A stretch of 64,000 nt of DNA, from contig CAVUVW010000024.1 of assembly GCA_963745035.1 (NCBI GenBank), forward strand, positions 8,450-72,449, in the 5' to 3' direction. Of this stretch, positions 51,766 to 61,872 are shown piece after piece; position 1 is the first letter of the stretch; each line of letters starts with the position of its first letter. Under the pieces are notes generated by a model. The model saw nothing but the letters and a program-made list of their open reading frames with translations. It made no database searches and was not told the origin of the DNA. This DNA comes from an uncultured delta proteobacterium (GTDB taxonomy: Bacteria; Desulfobacterota; Binatia; UBA9968). Position numbers and translations under genes: made by a program.

Positions 51766-52607
51766 ACAATTCCTTCCTTGTTATTTGCCGCCGCGCGCGC
51801 TTTCCACTCGCCGCCGTTCTTTGAAGTCAAAGAAATTCCATCGCCGCTCGCGTGGCCGCGGTATTCATCTTCATCGGTCCTGAGATAAATCTCTTCGCCG
51901 CGGAGCCGGCCGCTCGTGATCGGCACAGTGCGGTTGCCCGTCCTCAGCGTTCCGCTAAGTGTTTGAAAGTTTTGCTTCAACACAAGCTCGCCGTCGGCGA
52001 GCTTCCAAGCTCCGTCGACCTTGGCGGGCACAATCCAGAGCAGCGCCGTGCACCAGCCCGTGCAATCGTCGCTGGTCGATGCGGTCTCGTCCGCCTCCCA
52101 CTCGCCCATCGTGAAAGAATTCGAAACGATTCGCGTGCCGGGCCTGAGATCGAGGATCTTGGGCCGCAGCTTCAAATTGATCTGCGGCAAAAGAAACATC
52201 GTGATTACGGTCGCTCGTGAAAAGTCGCTTTCGAAGAGATCCGCCTTGGCGAAGGTAGCCTTATCGCCGACGCCTTCCGCCACCGCGTTGCGCTTCGACA
52301 GCTCGACCATGGCGGCATTGTATTCGATGCCGTGGGCGCGAACCCCGCGCTTGGCGGCGGCGATGACGGTGCGCCCGTCGCCCGAGCCGAGGTCGATCAG
52401 GTAGTCCGCGGGCGTGACTTTCGCGAGAGCGAGCATCTTATCGACCAGCGTGTCGGGCGTCGGCACCCAGACCACATCCTTGCCCGCCTGGCCGACCCGC
52501 GGCTCATAAGCCTTCTTCGCCGGCTGCGCGGCCTCTACCCGAGCATCAGAACAAATCAGCGTCAGCAGAACAGCGAGGCAGAATTGGGTGACTCTACCGG
52601 CAACCAT
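51762..52607 (-). CDS. Exported class I SAM methyltransferase, paralog 2
   Basis: Signal peptide; KDVVWVPTP, IDLGSGDGR. Confidence 0.88.
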   Translation of the reverse strand: MVAGRVTQFCLAVLLTLICSDARVEAAQPAKKAYEPRVGQAGKDVVWVPTPDTLVDKMLALAKVTPADYLIDLGSGDGRTVIAAAKRGVRAHGIEYNAAMVELSKRNAVAEGVGDKATFAKADLFESDFSRATVITMFLLPQINLKLRPKILDLRPGTRIVSNSFTMGEWEADETASTSDDCTGWCTALLWIVPAKVDGAWKLADGELVLKQNFQTLSGTLRTGNRTVPITSGRLRGEEIYLRTDEDEYRGHASGDGISLTSKNGGEWKARAAANNKEGIV

Positions 52608-52634
52608 AATCGATCCTCGATCCTCGACGATACT

Positions 52635-53462
52635 CTACTTCCCGCTCCGGCTCGCGCTCCAATTCCCGCCCGAGCTGACCGTCCCTTCCATGGCGCCGCC
52701 GCCCACCCGGCCGGTGTAAAGCGAGCCGCCCGCGTTGAACATGATCTGATCGCCGTTGAGCTTGCCGTTGGCGATCTGCACGGTGTTGCCGCCGCGGCGC
52801 AGCGAGCCGGAAATCGTCTGATAGGTTTGCTTGAAGTTCAGCTCGCCGTCACCGACCTGCCACGTGCCATCGACTTTCGCCGGCACGATCCATAAATGAG
52901 CCGTGCAGTACGACGCACAGCCGTCTTTGACCGAGACGGTGTCGTCCGCCTTCCAATCGCCCATGGTGAAAGAATTCGAGACGATGCGCGTCCCCGGCTT
53001 GAGATTGAGAATCTTCGGCCGCAGTTTGAGATTGATGTCCGGCAACAGGAACATCGTGATCACCGTGGCCTCTGAGAGATCGATTTCGAACAGATCGGCC
53101 TTGGTAAAACTGGCTCGATCGGTCACCCCCTGTTTGGCGGCGTTGCGCTGCGACAATTCGACCATGTCGGGGTTGTATTCGATGCCGCGCGCTTTGGCGC
53201 CGCGCTTGGCGGCGGTAATGACGGTGCGGCCATCGCCCGACCCGAGGTCGATGACGTAATCGTTCGGCGTCACCTTCGCGATATCGAGCATCTTGTCGAC
53301 CAGCGCCTGGGGCGTCGGCACCCAGATCACGTCCTTGCCTTCCTGTCCGACCTGCGGCTGGTAATCGGGTTTGCCGGACTGTGCTTGCGCGCAGCCGGTG
53401 ACGAAAGCGATCAGCAGGCAAAGGGCAACGCGTGAGCGAGGCGATACGGCGAGCGCGGTCAT
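52635..53462 (-). CDS. Exported (possible lipoprotein) class I SAM methyltransferase, paralog 1
   Basis: MTALAVSPRSRVALCLLIAFVTGC lipobox-like leader; KDVIWVPTP, IDLGSGDGR. Confidence 0.88.
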   Translation of the reverse strand: MTALAVSPRSRVALCLLIAFVTGCAQAQSGKPDYQPQVGQEGKDVIWVPTPQALVDKMLDIAKVTPNDYVIDLGSGDGRTVITAAKRGAKARGIEYNPDMVELSQRNAAKQGVTDRASFTKADLFEIDLSEATVITMFLLPDINLKLRPKILNLKPGTRIVSNSFTMGDWKADDTVSVKDGCASYCTAHLWIVPAKVDGTWQVGDGELNFKQTYQTISGSLRRGGNTVQIANGKLNGDQIMFNAGGSLYTGRVGGGAMEGTVSSGGNWSASRSGK

Positions 53463-53649
53463 GAAAAGTTCTCCGTTCCTTCGAATTTCCTGGGAGGTTC
53501 GCACGCGACCCGCAAAATGTCCAGCCCGTCGCGCGGCGCCAAATCCCGGAAGGAATTGCTTGTCCGACGTTTTCAATGATAGAGAAACCGGGAGCGACGC
53601 GACGCGCGGCAGGATTCGCAATCGCTCCAATCTCCGAGGAGGCGCTTTC

Positions 53650-54804
53650 ATGCGGCAGAGATCCGATTACCCGACATTTTCCGACGGCGAGCTCGAGCGG
53701 CGCCATAGAGCAGTTTACGGCTTGATGGAACAGGAAGGCGTCGCCGCCGCACTCTTTTATGGCAGCGGACGCTACGCTTCCGACATTTACTGGCTGAGCG
53801 ACTGGCCGAGCAGCCGGGAAGCTTACCTACTCATGCAGAGCGGCAAAGAGCCGGTGATTTTGATGCAGCTCTTCAATCATTATCCGATGGCACGCGTCAT
53901 GTCCGCGATCAAAGACGTGCGCTGGGCCGGCCCGAACACGACCGATAGTCTGGTCGATCTCATGCGCGAGCGTGGTTTGGAATCGAAGAAGATCGGCTTG
54001 ATCGGATCAATTTCCTATCAGGTCTACAATAAGCTGCGGGAAAAATATCCGTCCGCGACATTTGTCGACTTGAGCGGCAAGCTGCGGATGATGCGCACGG
54101 TGAGAAGCGCCGAGGAGATCGAGCGCATTCACCTCGCCTCGAAACTTACCGATCAATCCATTCAGGCCTTGGCCGAAGGACTTCGACCCGGCATGCGCGA
54201 GGACGAAATCCCAGCGATTATCGAGACAGTTTATCTAAAGGCCGGCGGCTACGCGGGCATTCACTTCATGAGCAGCATGCCCATGCGCGAGCCGGACTTT
54301 CCGGTGCCGTCGCAATTCCACTCCGGCCGCAAGCTGCAAAAAGGCGACGCGCTGATCACTGAGATCAGCGGCGCCTACTCCGGCTACAGCGGCCAGATTC
54401 ATCGGACGTTCTCCATCGGCGAAGGCCCGACATCGGAATGGCAGAAAATGCACGACGCGGCGATCGAAGGATTCGAGGTCTTGGCGAAAGTGATCAAAGA
54501 CGGCGCGACGACGACCGAAGCGGAAGAGGCGGCGGAGGTGATTCACCGGCGCGGCTTCAGCACCTACGACGATGTGGTCCATGGCGTCAATCAGTATCCG
54601 CCGATCTTTCAGACCAAGACGCGCAAGCGCCACGAGTCGCGCGAGATGGTCTTTCGCGAAAACATGGTGATCGTCATTCAGCCCAACCTCATGACCTACG
54701 ACGAGAAGATGGGCCTGCAATTTGGCGAGACCTTGGTGGTGAAGAAAAACGGCTGCGAAACGTTCAACGCCTATCCGCGCCAGTGGGTCACGTGCCGAGG
54801 ATGA
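53650..54804 (+). CDS. M24/creatinase-fold hydrolase
   Basis: FSDGELERRH, RTVRSAEEIE, GYSGQIHRT, VHGV; metal ligands altered. Confidence 0.85.
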   Translation: MRQRSDYPTFSDGELERRHRAVYGLMEQEGVAAALFYGSGRYASDIYWLSDWPSSREAYLLMQSGKEPVILMQLFNHYPMARVMSAIKDVRWAGPNTTDSLVDLMRERGLESKKIGLIGSISYQVYNKLREKYPSATFVDLSGKLRMMRTVRSAEEIERIHLASKLTDQSIQALAEGLRPGMREDEIPAIIETVYLKAGGYAGIHFMSSMPMREPDFPVPSQFHSGRKLQKGDALITEISGAYSGYSGQIHRTFSIGEGPTSEWQKMHDAAIEGFEVLAKVIKDGATTTEAEEAAEVIHRRGFSTYDDVVHGVNQYPPIFQTKTRKRHESREMVFRENMVIVIQPNLMTYDEKMGLQFGETLVVKKNGCETFNAYPRQWVTCRG

Positions 54805-54823
54805 CAACCCAAAATTGGCAACC

Positions 54824-55699
54824 TCATCGCACGAGCGAGATCGCGATGGTGCCGCCGACCACGCAAAGCGCGCCGATGACGGTTGGGAGATTCAGCTTCT
54901 CGATGCCTCGGAGAAAGACGCCGGTGCCGACGAGAATCCATAGCGGGCTGGTGGCGACGATCGGAGAGACGATCACGACCGGGCCGAGGCTCAACGCAAT
55001 AACAACCAGAAGAATTCCCAGCGTCTCGAAGATGCCGGCCATGAGAAACGGCGCCAGCGCTTCTTTGCTCCACTTCGGCCGTTCCCGCGCCAGCGGCGTT
55101 GACAAATAACCCAGCATCCAAAACAACGAGACCCAGCCCACCATCGCGGCGTAGAACAGCGGCTCGTTGGCGAGGCCGAGCGCGTAGCGGCGAATCGGAT
55201 GGCTGATGCCCGCCAACAACGCCGCGCCCAAAGGAAAGCCGATATGCCACCACCGGTAAGCGGCCCGCTCGCTCGCCGGCTGCCAGGAGATCAACGCCAC
55301 GCCGCCGACGATCAGCACCGTACCGGCGAGAATCCAAATGTTGGCGCTTTCGCCCAGAAATATGATGGCGAGCGACGTGCTGAACAGCGGATGGCAGCCG
55401 CGCACCGTCGTGCCGCGCGAAGCGCCCATGTAAAAGATACCCGCATAGGTGAATACCCGAATGACCGGCTGCAAAGTGCCCGTGATGAAGAACAACAGCA
55501 GCACCAGTGGCGGCACATTCGGCACGCCCGTGCTCAACAGCAGCACGGCTCCCAGTCCGAAGGCGTGCACCAGCAGCGACACCAGCGTCACAGTGATCGG
55601 CGTCGAGTAACGCAAGCCGCGCCGCGCTGAGATCCCGGAAGCGGCGTAGAATAGCGACGCGGCCAGCGCGATGAGCTGCGGCGGGAGGTCCGAGAGCAT
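54824..55699 (-). CDS. EamA/DMT family transporter
   Basis: Ten-TM duplicated pattern; PLFSTSLAIIFLGE, VSPIVATSPL. Confidence 0.88.
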   Translation of the reverse strand: MLSDLPPQLIALAASLFYAASGISARRGLRYSTPITVTLVSLLVHAFGLGAVLLLSTGVPNVPPLVLLLFFITGTLQPVIRVFTYAGIFYMGASRGTTVRGCHPLFSTSLAIIFLGESANIWILAGTVLIVGGVALISWQPASERAAYRWWHIGFPLGAALLAGISHPIRRYALGLANEPLFYAAMVGWVSLFWMLGYLSTPLARERPKWSKEALAPFLMAGIFETLGILLVVIALSLGPVVIVSPIVATSPLWILVGTGVFLRGIEKLNLPTVIGALCVVGGTIAISLVR

Positions 55700-55726
55700 C
55701 TCGAAGTTGTCGCGCGGATCGAGCGG

Positions 55727-56731
55727 TTATCTTTCCATCTCGCGGATGATCGCCTCGGCGAATTTCTTCGTGGTCGCATGGCCGCCGAGATCGCGGGTCA
55801 TCACCTCGCCGCGCGCGAGCACGCGCTCCAGCGCGGCGGCGATTCGATTGGCCGCGGCTTTCTCGGAGATATGCCGCAGCATCATCACCGCCGCCTGAAT
55901 CATCGCCGACGGATTGGCGATATCTTTGCCTTTGATATCCGGGGCGCTGCCGTGCACGGTTTCAAAGAGCGCGTGGCGTTCGCCGAGATTGGCGCCCGGC
56001 ACGACGCCGAGCCCGCCCACCAACCCGGCGGCAAGATCCGAGAGAATATCGCCGTAGAGATTTTCCATGAGCAGCACGTCGAATTGCCACGGATCGATGA
56101 CGAGTTGAAGACAGGCGTTGTCCACGATCACGTCGCTGAACGCGATCGACTTGTAGCCCTGCGCCACTTTTCTGGCGCAGTCCAAAAACAACCCGTCGCT
56201 GAGCTTCATGATATTGGCCTTGTGCACCGCGGCGACTTTCTTTCTGCCGTTGGCGCGGGCGAACTCGAAAGCGAACTTGGCGATGCGCGTGCACGCTTGC
56301 TCGGTCATGATCTTCAGGCTTTCCACCACCCCCGGCACGACTTCGTGCTCGATGCCGGAATAGAGCCCCTCGGTGTTTTCCCGCACCACGATCAGATCGA
56401 TGTCTTGATAGCGCGCCTTGACCCCGGGGAGATTCTTGATCGGCCGAAGGTTGGCGAAGAGATTGAAAGTCTGGCGCAGCTCGACGTTGACGCTGGCGAA
56501 ACCCTCGCCCACCGGCGTGGTGACCGGTCCCTTGAGCGCCACCCGGTTTCTGTCGAACGAATCCATCAGCGCTTGGGGAATCGTCGTGCCGTGTTTTTTG
56601 AGCGCTTCGGCGCCGGCCAAATATTTCTCCCAGCGCACGTCGACTCCGGCCGCTTTGATGATTGCCAAGGTCGGCACGGTTACTTCGGGGCCGATGCCGT
56701 CGCCGGGAATCAAAGTGATTTGGTGTTTCAT
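55727..56731 (-). CDS. NAD-dependent isocitrate/isopropylmalate dehydrogenase family
   Basis: LIPGDGIGPEV, VRENTEGLY, VHKANIMK, NLYGDILSDL, HGSAPDI. Confidence 0.92.
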   Translation of the reverse strand: MKHQITLIPGDGIGPEVTVPTLAIIKAAGVDVRWEKYLAGAEALKKHGTTIPQALMDSFDRNRVALKGPVTTPVGEGFASVNVELRQTFNLFANLRPIKNLPGVKARYQDIDLIVVRENTEGLYSGIEHEVVPGVVESLKIMTEQACTRIAKFAFEFARANGRKKVAAVHKANIMKLSDGLFLDCARKVAQGYKSIAFSDVIVDNACLQLVIDPWQFDVLLMENLYGDILSDLAAGLVGGLGVVPGANLGERHALFETVHGSAPDIKGKDIANPSAMIQAAVMMLRHISEKAAANRIAAALERVLARGEVMTRDLGGHATTKKFAEAIIREMER

Positions 56732-56904
56732 GGTTGGCGCCTTTCGCTTTGTTTATACACCATGGATAGCGAAATAGCAGTTTCCCGGCACGTCGCGTTG
56801 ACATTGAGAAGCGCTCTCGGGTAGGTTGGCCGCAACCGAAAAACGCGATTTGCTTCCCGCCGCTCTCCGCGAACCGACCGCCTGCATTCTCGACCTCCGG
56901 CACG

Positions 56905-58176
56905 ATGATTGAAAAGCTAAACAAGAGCCTCAACGGCATGTTTTACGGCTGGTGGATGGTCGCCCTCGGATGCGGCATCCGCATGCTCGGCGGCGGTTTT
57001 CATCTGTACGGCTTCACGATCTTTTTTCTGCCGATCACCCAGGAGCTTGGGCTGAGCCGCGCCGCAACTTCCGCGGTGTTTTCGCTGGCGCGCGCCGAAG
57101 GCGCCATCGAGGGGCCGCTGGCGGGCTATTTGATCGATCGCTTCGGACCGCGCCCAATGATGTTGGCGGGCGTGATTTTGTCGGGTCTGGGATACATGCT
57201 CCTCGCCGGGGTCGAAAGCTACGCGGGATTTCTCGCCGTCTATTTGGGCGTAATCTCGCTGTCTTTTTCCGCGGGCTTCATGCATTCGCCGATGGTGCTC
57301 GCCAACTCCTGGTTCATCCGGCGCAGGGCCTTCGCGATGACGCTCGTCAGCAGCTCCATCAGCATCGGCGGCGTGCTCATCACGCCGCTGCTCGCTTTCA
57401 CCGTGCAGACCTGGGGCTGGCGCTGGGGCGCCTTCCTGGCGGGCGTCGGGCTCATCTTGGTCGGCGTGCCGATTGCGTTGTACGCCCGGCGCTCGCCGGA
57501 AAGCATGGGCCTCTTGCCCGACGGCGAACCGGCCGAGCGAAATGCGAGCGGCAGCGGCTCCTTTCATGGCGGCGGCGACGCGGAATTCAGCCTGCGCCAA
57601 GCCATGCGCACCACCGCATTCTGGATGCTGATCCTGGCCACTACCACGCGGGTCGGCGTCTTCAACTCGATCACGGTGCACTTCGTACCGATCATGGTTT
57701 GGAAAGGCGCCAGCGAGCAGCAGGCCGCCGCCATGCTGGCGCTGATGGCGCTCATGAGCCTGCCGGCGCATTTGTTGATCGGCTGGATCGCCGACCGCGT
57801 GAGCAAGCCCCTGCTTATGGCGCTCTGCATGATCATCGGCGCGGTGTCTATCGCTTTTCTCGCCTACGGCGAGGAAGTCTGGTCGCCCTGGATCTTCGTA
57901 TTGCTCATCACCTTCGTCGAGGCGATCTTTCCGGTGAGCTGGGCCACCGTCGGCGATTTTTTCGGACGCAAATCGTTCGCGAAGATTCGCGGCACCATGA
58001 GCTTCTTTTATCTTTGGGGGCCGGCCCTTGGCCCGATCATCACCGGCGCGGTTTACGACCGCCACCAAAGCTATGCACCGCTGATGGCGGCCTACATCGC
58101 TACGTTTTTGCTCGCCGGCGGGCTTTACGCGTTGCTGCGCCGCCCGGCGCCGCGCCGCGGCGATGCCGGCAACTGA
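56905..58176 (+). CDS. MFS transporter (OFA/MCT-like)
   Basis: FYGWWMV, GYLIDRFGPR, WFIRRR, GWIADR, FFGRKSFAKIRG. Confidence 0.92.
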   Translation: MIEKLNKSLNGMFYGWWMVALGCGIRMLGGGFHLYGFTIFFLPITQELGLSRAATSAVFSLARAEGAIEGPLAGYLIDRFGPRPMMLAGVILSGLGYMLLAGVESYAGFLAVYLGVISLSFSAGFMHSPMVLANSWFIRRRAFAMTLVSSSISIGGVLITPLLAFTVQTWGWRWGAFLAGVGLILVGVPIALYARRSPESMGLLPDGEPAERNASGSGSFHGGGDAEFSLRQAMRTTAFWMLILATTTRVGVFNSITVHFVPIMVWKGASEQQAAAMLALMALMSLPAHLLIGWIADRVSKPLLMALCMIIGAVSIAFLAYGEEVWSPWIFVLLITFVEAIFPVSWATVGDFFGRKSFAKIRGTMSFFYLWGPALGPIITGAVYDRHQSYAPLMAAYIATFLLAGGLYALLRRPAPRRGDAGN

Positions 58177-58347
58177 CGCTCGCGAGAACACCTATCTCGT
58201 TCTTGGCCGGCTTTCGGAGTTCCGGTTCTTGCTTGCGAAACCGCGGCAAATGACGCCGCTGAAGGGCGTTCGTGCGCAACCGTTCGCGCTCGGTGGCAAA
58301 AAAATCTTGACAATCCGGGCGCAAATCGCGAGGATATCGGGAAACAA

Positions 58348-58944
58348 ATGCTTTGGCTGGACCCCATAGGCGACCAACTCCGCGGATGCTTCCGTCTTCT
58401 AACCGGTATTTCTCGAGCCATTGTTCTCGCCGGCTTGATGTTTATGACCGGCTGCTCGACGTCTGACGACGCTTTGAAACCCCAACTTTTCTCTCCCCCG
58501 GAATCGCTCAGCAATCCGGCGATGCCCGCTTCGGCGCGTTCGCTTTCGGCCATGGAGGCGATCAGCCGCGGCGTTGCGGCGGTGACCCCGCCGGGCGCGG
58601 CCTTGAAAGACGTCTATTACCACTTCGACAGCGTCAATTTGGAGGCAGAGGCGCAGGAAATTCTTTTCAAGAATGCCGAATGGATGAAAGCGAATCCCAA
58701 GACGCGGGTGGAAATTGAGGGCCATTGTGACGACATCGGCTCGGCCGAGTACAATCTTGCCCTCGGCGCCAAACGCGCCCAAGTCGCCAGGGATTTTCTG
58801 CTAAACCAGGGTGTCAATGCCGACCGGCTCGTGACGATCAGCTACGGCAAAGAAGCGCCGGCCTGCTTCGAAGCGACGGAAGATTGCCGGGTGAAAAACC
58901 GCCGCGCCCGCTTCGTCATGTTCACCGAATTGCCGACCTCGTAG
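58348..58944 (+). CDS. pal: Pal/OmpA-family peptidoglycan-associated lipoprotein
   Basis: MTGC lipobox; IEGHCDDIGSAEYNLALGAKRA, TISYGKE, NRRA; start codon uncertain. Confidence 0.8.
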   Translation: MLWLDPIGDQLRGCFRLLTGISRAIVLAGLMFMTGCSTSDDALKPQLFSPPESLSNPAMPASARSLSAMEAISRGVAAVTPPGAALKDVYYHFDSVNLEAEAQEILFKNAEWMKANPKTRVEIEGHCDDIGSAEYNLALGAKRAQVARDFLLNQGVNADRLVTISYGKEAPACFEATEDCRVKNRRARFVMFTELPTS

Positions 58945-59077
58945 ACCAGCGCCAGCGCTCACCTCTGTCCCATATCAATCAGCATCGCGCATTCGTTAAA
59001 CCACGAAGTGATAGCTTGCGCTCGCCCACAGGTGATGATGAAAGTAGGCAGTTTCTAGGGCACGATTTTGCTTCACC

Positions 59078-59256
59078 CGTCATTCCCGCGAATTTAGGGA
59101 ATCCAGGTTTGTTCTCCGCACAATTAGCCTGGATACCCGCTTTCGCGGGTATGACGAACCCCACCGCACCCACTTCGAAGGAGGCCACGAAAAGCACGAG
59201 GCTTGGATATAACAATCCAAAAACTCCGAACTTCGTGAACTTCGTGTGCTCCGTGG
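59078..59256. repeat. CGTC-family REP inverted pair followed by CCACGAA 9-mer inverted repeat
   Basis: CGTCATTCCCGCG..GGGAATCCAGG/CCTGGATACCCGCTTTCGCGGGTATGACG; CCACGAAAAGCACGAGG ... CTTCGTGAACTTCGTGTGCTCCGTGG. Confidence 0.75.
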
Positions 59257-59292
59257 TGACGCGGAATTCTCCCTAATCTAGCTGACCTCGCG

Positions 59293-61872
59293 TTACTCAT
59301 AGCCGATCGCCGAGACGATCGGCAGGGAGCCGGCCTGCTTCGCCGGACCGAAACCGGCCAAAATACAGAGCAGCACGGCGGCGGCGATCGATAGCAAGGC
59401 GACGTCGTAGGGGTAATAGAACTGAAACGTCCAGCCCGTCAGCTGTTTGGTGTTGTAGACCACGTGGTGATACGCCATCACCGTCCCGGCGAATAGTCCG
59501 AGCACGCCGCCGAATAATCCCATCCAGCCGGCCTCGGCAACCACGCTGCGGCGCACCTGCGATCGGGTCGCGCCGATGGCGCGCAAGACGCCGATCTCGC
59601 GCGTGCGATCGAGCACCGACGCCAAAAGGGTGTTGATCACGCTGAAGATCGCCACCACCACCGCGACGATCTCGACCGCGTAGTTCACCACGAAGGATTG
59701 CTCCATGATTTGCACCACCGTCTCGCGCAACTCGCCGTGGGTGCTGATAAAGAGCTGGTAGCGCTCGCCGTGGCGCGCCTTGATGGTTTCGATGATTTGT
59801 CGCTGATCGGCGCCCGGTTCGAGCCACAGATCGAAAGCGTCGAGCAGCTCATCGCGCCAATATTTTTTATACAACGCGCGGTCGAGGAGCACGCTGCCCG
59901 AGTCGGAGGAATAGTCGATGTAGACGCCGAGCACGCGGAACGACGCGCTCCCCGACGGCGTCGCCAATGTGATCCGGTCGCCGGTCCTGGTGCCGAATTT
60001 GCTCTGAAAGCTCTCGCTGACGATCACGCCCGCCCCCTCGGCCATCTCGCGCAGCGCCCGAGCGCCGTCGCCCTCGGCCATCGGCAAGGTTCTCACGTGC
60101 GCCGAGTCGCGCGCGGAAAACGATTCGATCAAGACCGGCCGTCCCTGGTAGGTCGCGCGCACCAGGCGATAGAGATCGATGACTTTGATTCCGGGAATTT
60201 TCTTGAGCTCGGGCAAAAGCTCCTCGCGCAGCGGAACGTTTCTCGGCCCCGCCGTCCTCGCCCCGGCGCTTACGATCAAGTCCGCCGTGACCATTTGATC
60301 GACCCAGGAGAGCAGCGAGCCGCGCACGCTGTTGACGAACGCGGCGATGGTGAAGATCGCGGCCAGGCTGATCACCATGGTCGCCACCGTGATGCCGGAG
60401 CGCAGCGGATTGCGAAACAGGCTGTCCGAGGCGAGGCGCAGCTCGATCCAGGAGAGGCCCGGCAATCCGATCTTGGCTTTGCGGAACAGCCGCGCCGCGA
60501 CATGAATCAACGCCGGACAGAAAGCCGCCAGACCGAGGAGAAATACCAGCATGCCGGCGACGCCCACGCTGAATTTCGTCACCGGGCCACCGGCCGCCGG
60601 GCTGATCAGGAGCAGCGCCGGAGAGACGACGAAGCAGAGCGCGCCGACGCGATTGGGCCAGGACTTGGCGCGCCCCGCGGGACGCCACGCCGCCTGCCGG
60701 ACATTCTCCAACGGGCTTACGCGCACCGCCTCCCAGGCCGGGTGAAGCGCCGCGACCACGGCCACCAACGTGCCGCTGCCGAGCGCGAGAAAAATCTCCC
60801 GAGCGCTTAAATCGCCGCCCGCCAAATCCATCAGCGAAAATAGATTGCCGACGGTCTCGCCGACCGCGACCAGCGCGGCCCGCGCCAGCAGCCAGCCGAG
60901 CGCGGCGCCGGCCGCCGCGCCCGCCAGCGCGAGCAGCAGCGCTTCGGCGACGATCAAGCGCAGCAGCTCGCCGCGCTTGATCCCAAGACAGCGCAGCGTG
61001 CCGATTTCCTTGCGGCGCTGGATGACCGACACCGAAACCGTGTTGTAGATCAGAAAAAAACCGACGAAGAGCGCGATCAGGCTCACGAAGAAAAGCCCGA
61101 CGCGAAACGACGTGAGGAGCTGCTCGATCTGCTCGCCGCGATTGCGCGGCCGCTCGACCTGCGCGGCGCCGCCGAGCCGTTCGCGCAGGCGCTGGCGCAC
61201 GGCGTCTACCGACTCTCCGTCCTCGACCGTCAGGTCGACGATATCGAGCTTGCCTTCTTTGCCGAAAGCCCGCTGTGCCGCCGGCAGGTCCATCAGGGCA
61301 AAGCTCCCGCCAAAGACCGCCGCCGTCCCCCGCTCCTTCAACAGGGCGCGCACCGTGAACTCGCGCCGGCCTTCGCTCGTCAGCAAAGTCACCGCAGCGC
61401 CCGACGGCAATCCGAGTCGCCGCGACAACGACTCGGTCAACGCGATGGAATCGGGCCGCGCGATGAAATCCAGCGCCTGCTCAAAACCGAAATCGGCTTC
61501 GGCGAACTGGTGCTCGCGGATCGCAGAGTCGGTCAGGAAATCGACGCCGTAGACGAACAGGCGCTCGCCGGGGACGCCCGTTACCGGCAGAAACCCTTCC
61601 ACCGCCGCGGCGGCATCTTTGACGCCGGGGGTGTCACGAATGGTTCGAAACAGATCTTCGGCGATGCCGCTTTCGCCGTTGGCCACCTGCAGCACGGCCT
61701 TGCCGGCGATCTGGTCGATGGTCGATTGAAACGAGCTGGTAAGCGAGCGGTTGACGACGGCGATGGCGACGATCACCGCGACACCGAGCGCGATGCCGAA
61801 AAAAGTCAGCGTCGTTCGCAGGCGGTGCCGGCTTGCGTGGCGCCAAGAGATCGTGCGCAAAAGACCGAGCAT
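59293..61872 (-). CDS. ABC transporter permease, double MacB/FtsX domain
   Basis: RTTLTFFGIALGVA, QRRKEIGTLRCLG, DRTREIGVLRAIGA; true start MLGLLR at 61872. Confidence 0.9.
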   Translation of the reverse strand: MLGLLRTISWRHASRHRLRTTLTFFGIALGVAVIVAIAVVNRSLTSSFQSTIDQIAGKAVLQVANGESGIAEDLFRTIRDTPGVKDAAAAVEGFLPVTGVPGERLFVYGVDFLTDSAIREHQFAEADFGFEQALDFIARPDSIALTESLSRRLGLPSGAAVTLLTSEGRREFTVRALLKERGTAAVFGGSFALMDLPAAQRAFGKEGKLDIVDLTVEDGESVDAVRQRLRERLGGAAQVERPRNRGEQIEQLLTSFRVGLFFVSLIALFVGFFLIYNTVSVSVIQRRKEIGTLRCLGIKRGELLRLIVAEALLLALAGAAAGAALGWLLARAALVAVGETVGNLFSLMDLAGGDLSAREIFLALGSGTLVAVVAALHPAWEAVRVSPLENVRQAAWRPAGRAKSWPNRVGALCFVVSPALLLISPAAGGPVTKFSVGVAGMLVFLLGLAAFCPALIHVAARLFRKAKIGLPGLSWIELRLASDSLFRNPLRSGITVATMVISLAAIFTIAAFVNSVRGSLLSWVDQMVTADLIVSAGARTAGPRNVPLREELLPELKKIPGIKVIDLYRLVRATYQGRPVLIESFSARDSAHVRTLPMAEGDGARALREMAEGAGVIVSESFQSKFGTRTGDRITLATPSGSASFRVLGVYIDYSSDSGSVLLDRALYKKYWRDELLDAFDLWLEPGADQRQIIETIKARHGERYQLFISTHGELRETVVQIMEQSFVVNYAVEIVAVVVAIFSVINTLLASVLDRTREIGVLRAIGATRSQVRRSVVAEAGWMGLFGGVLGLFAGTVMAYHHVVYNTKQLTGWTFQFYYPYDVALLSIAAAVLLCILAGFGPAKQAGSLPIVSAIGYE

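Noticed and set aside
11563-60810. Long antisense ORFs (e.g. 12497-13861, 18544-19779, 55778-56824, 56917-58191, 59698-60810)
   Set aside because: Shadow frames of well-supported GC-rich genes on the opposite strand, with no recognisable motifs.
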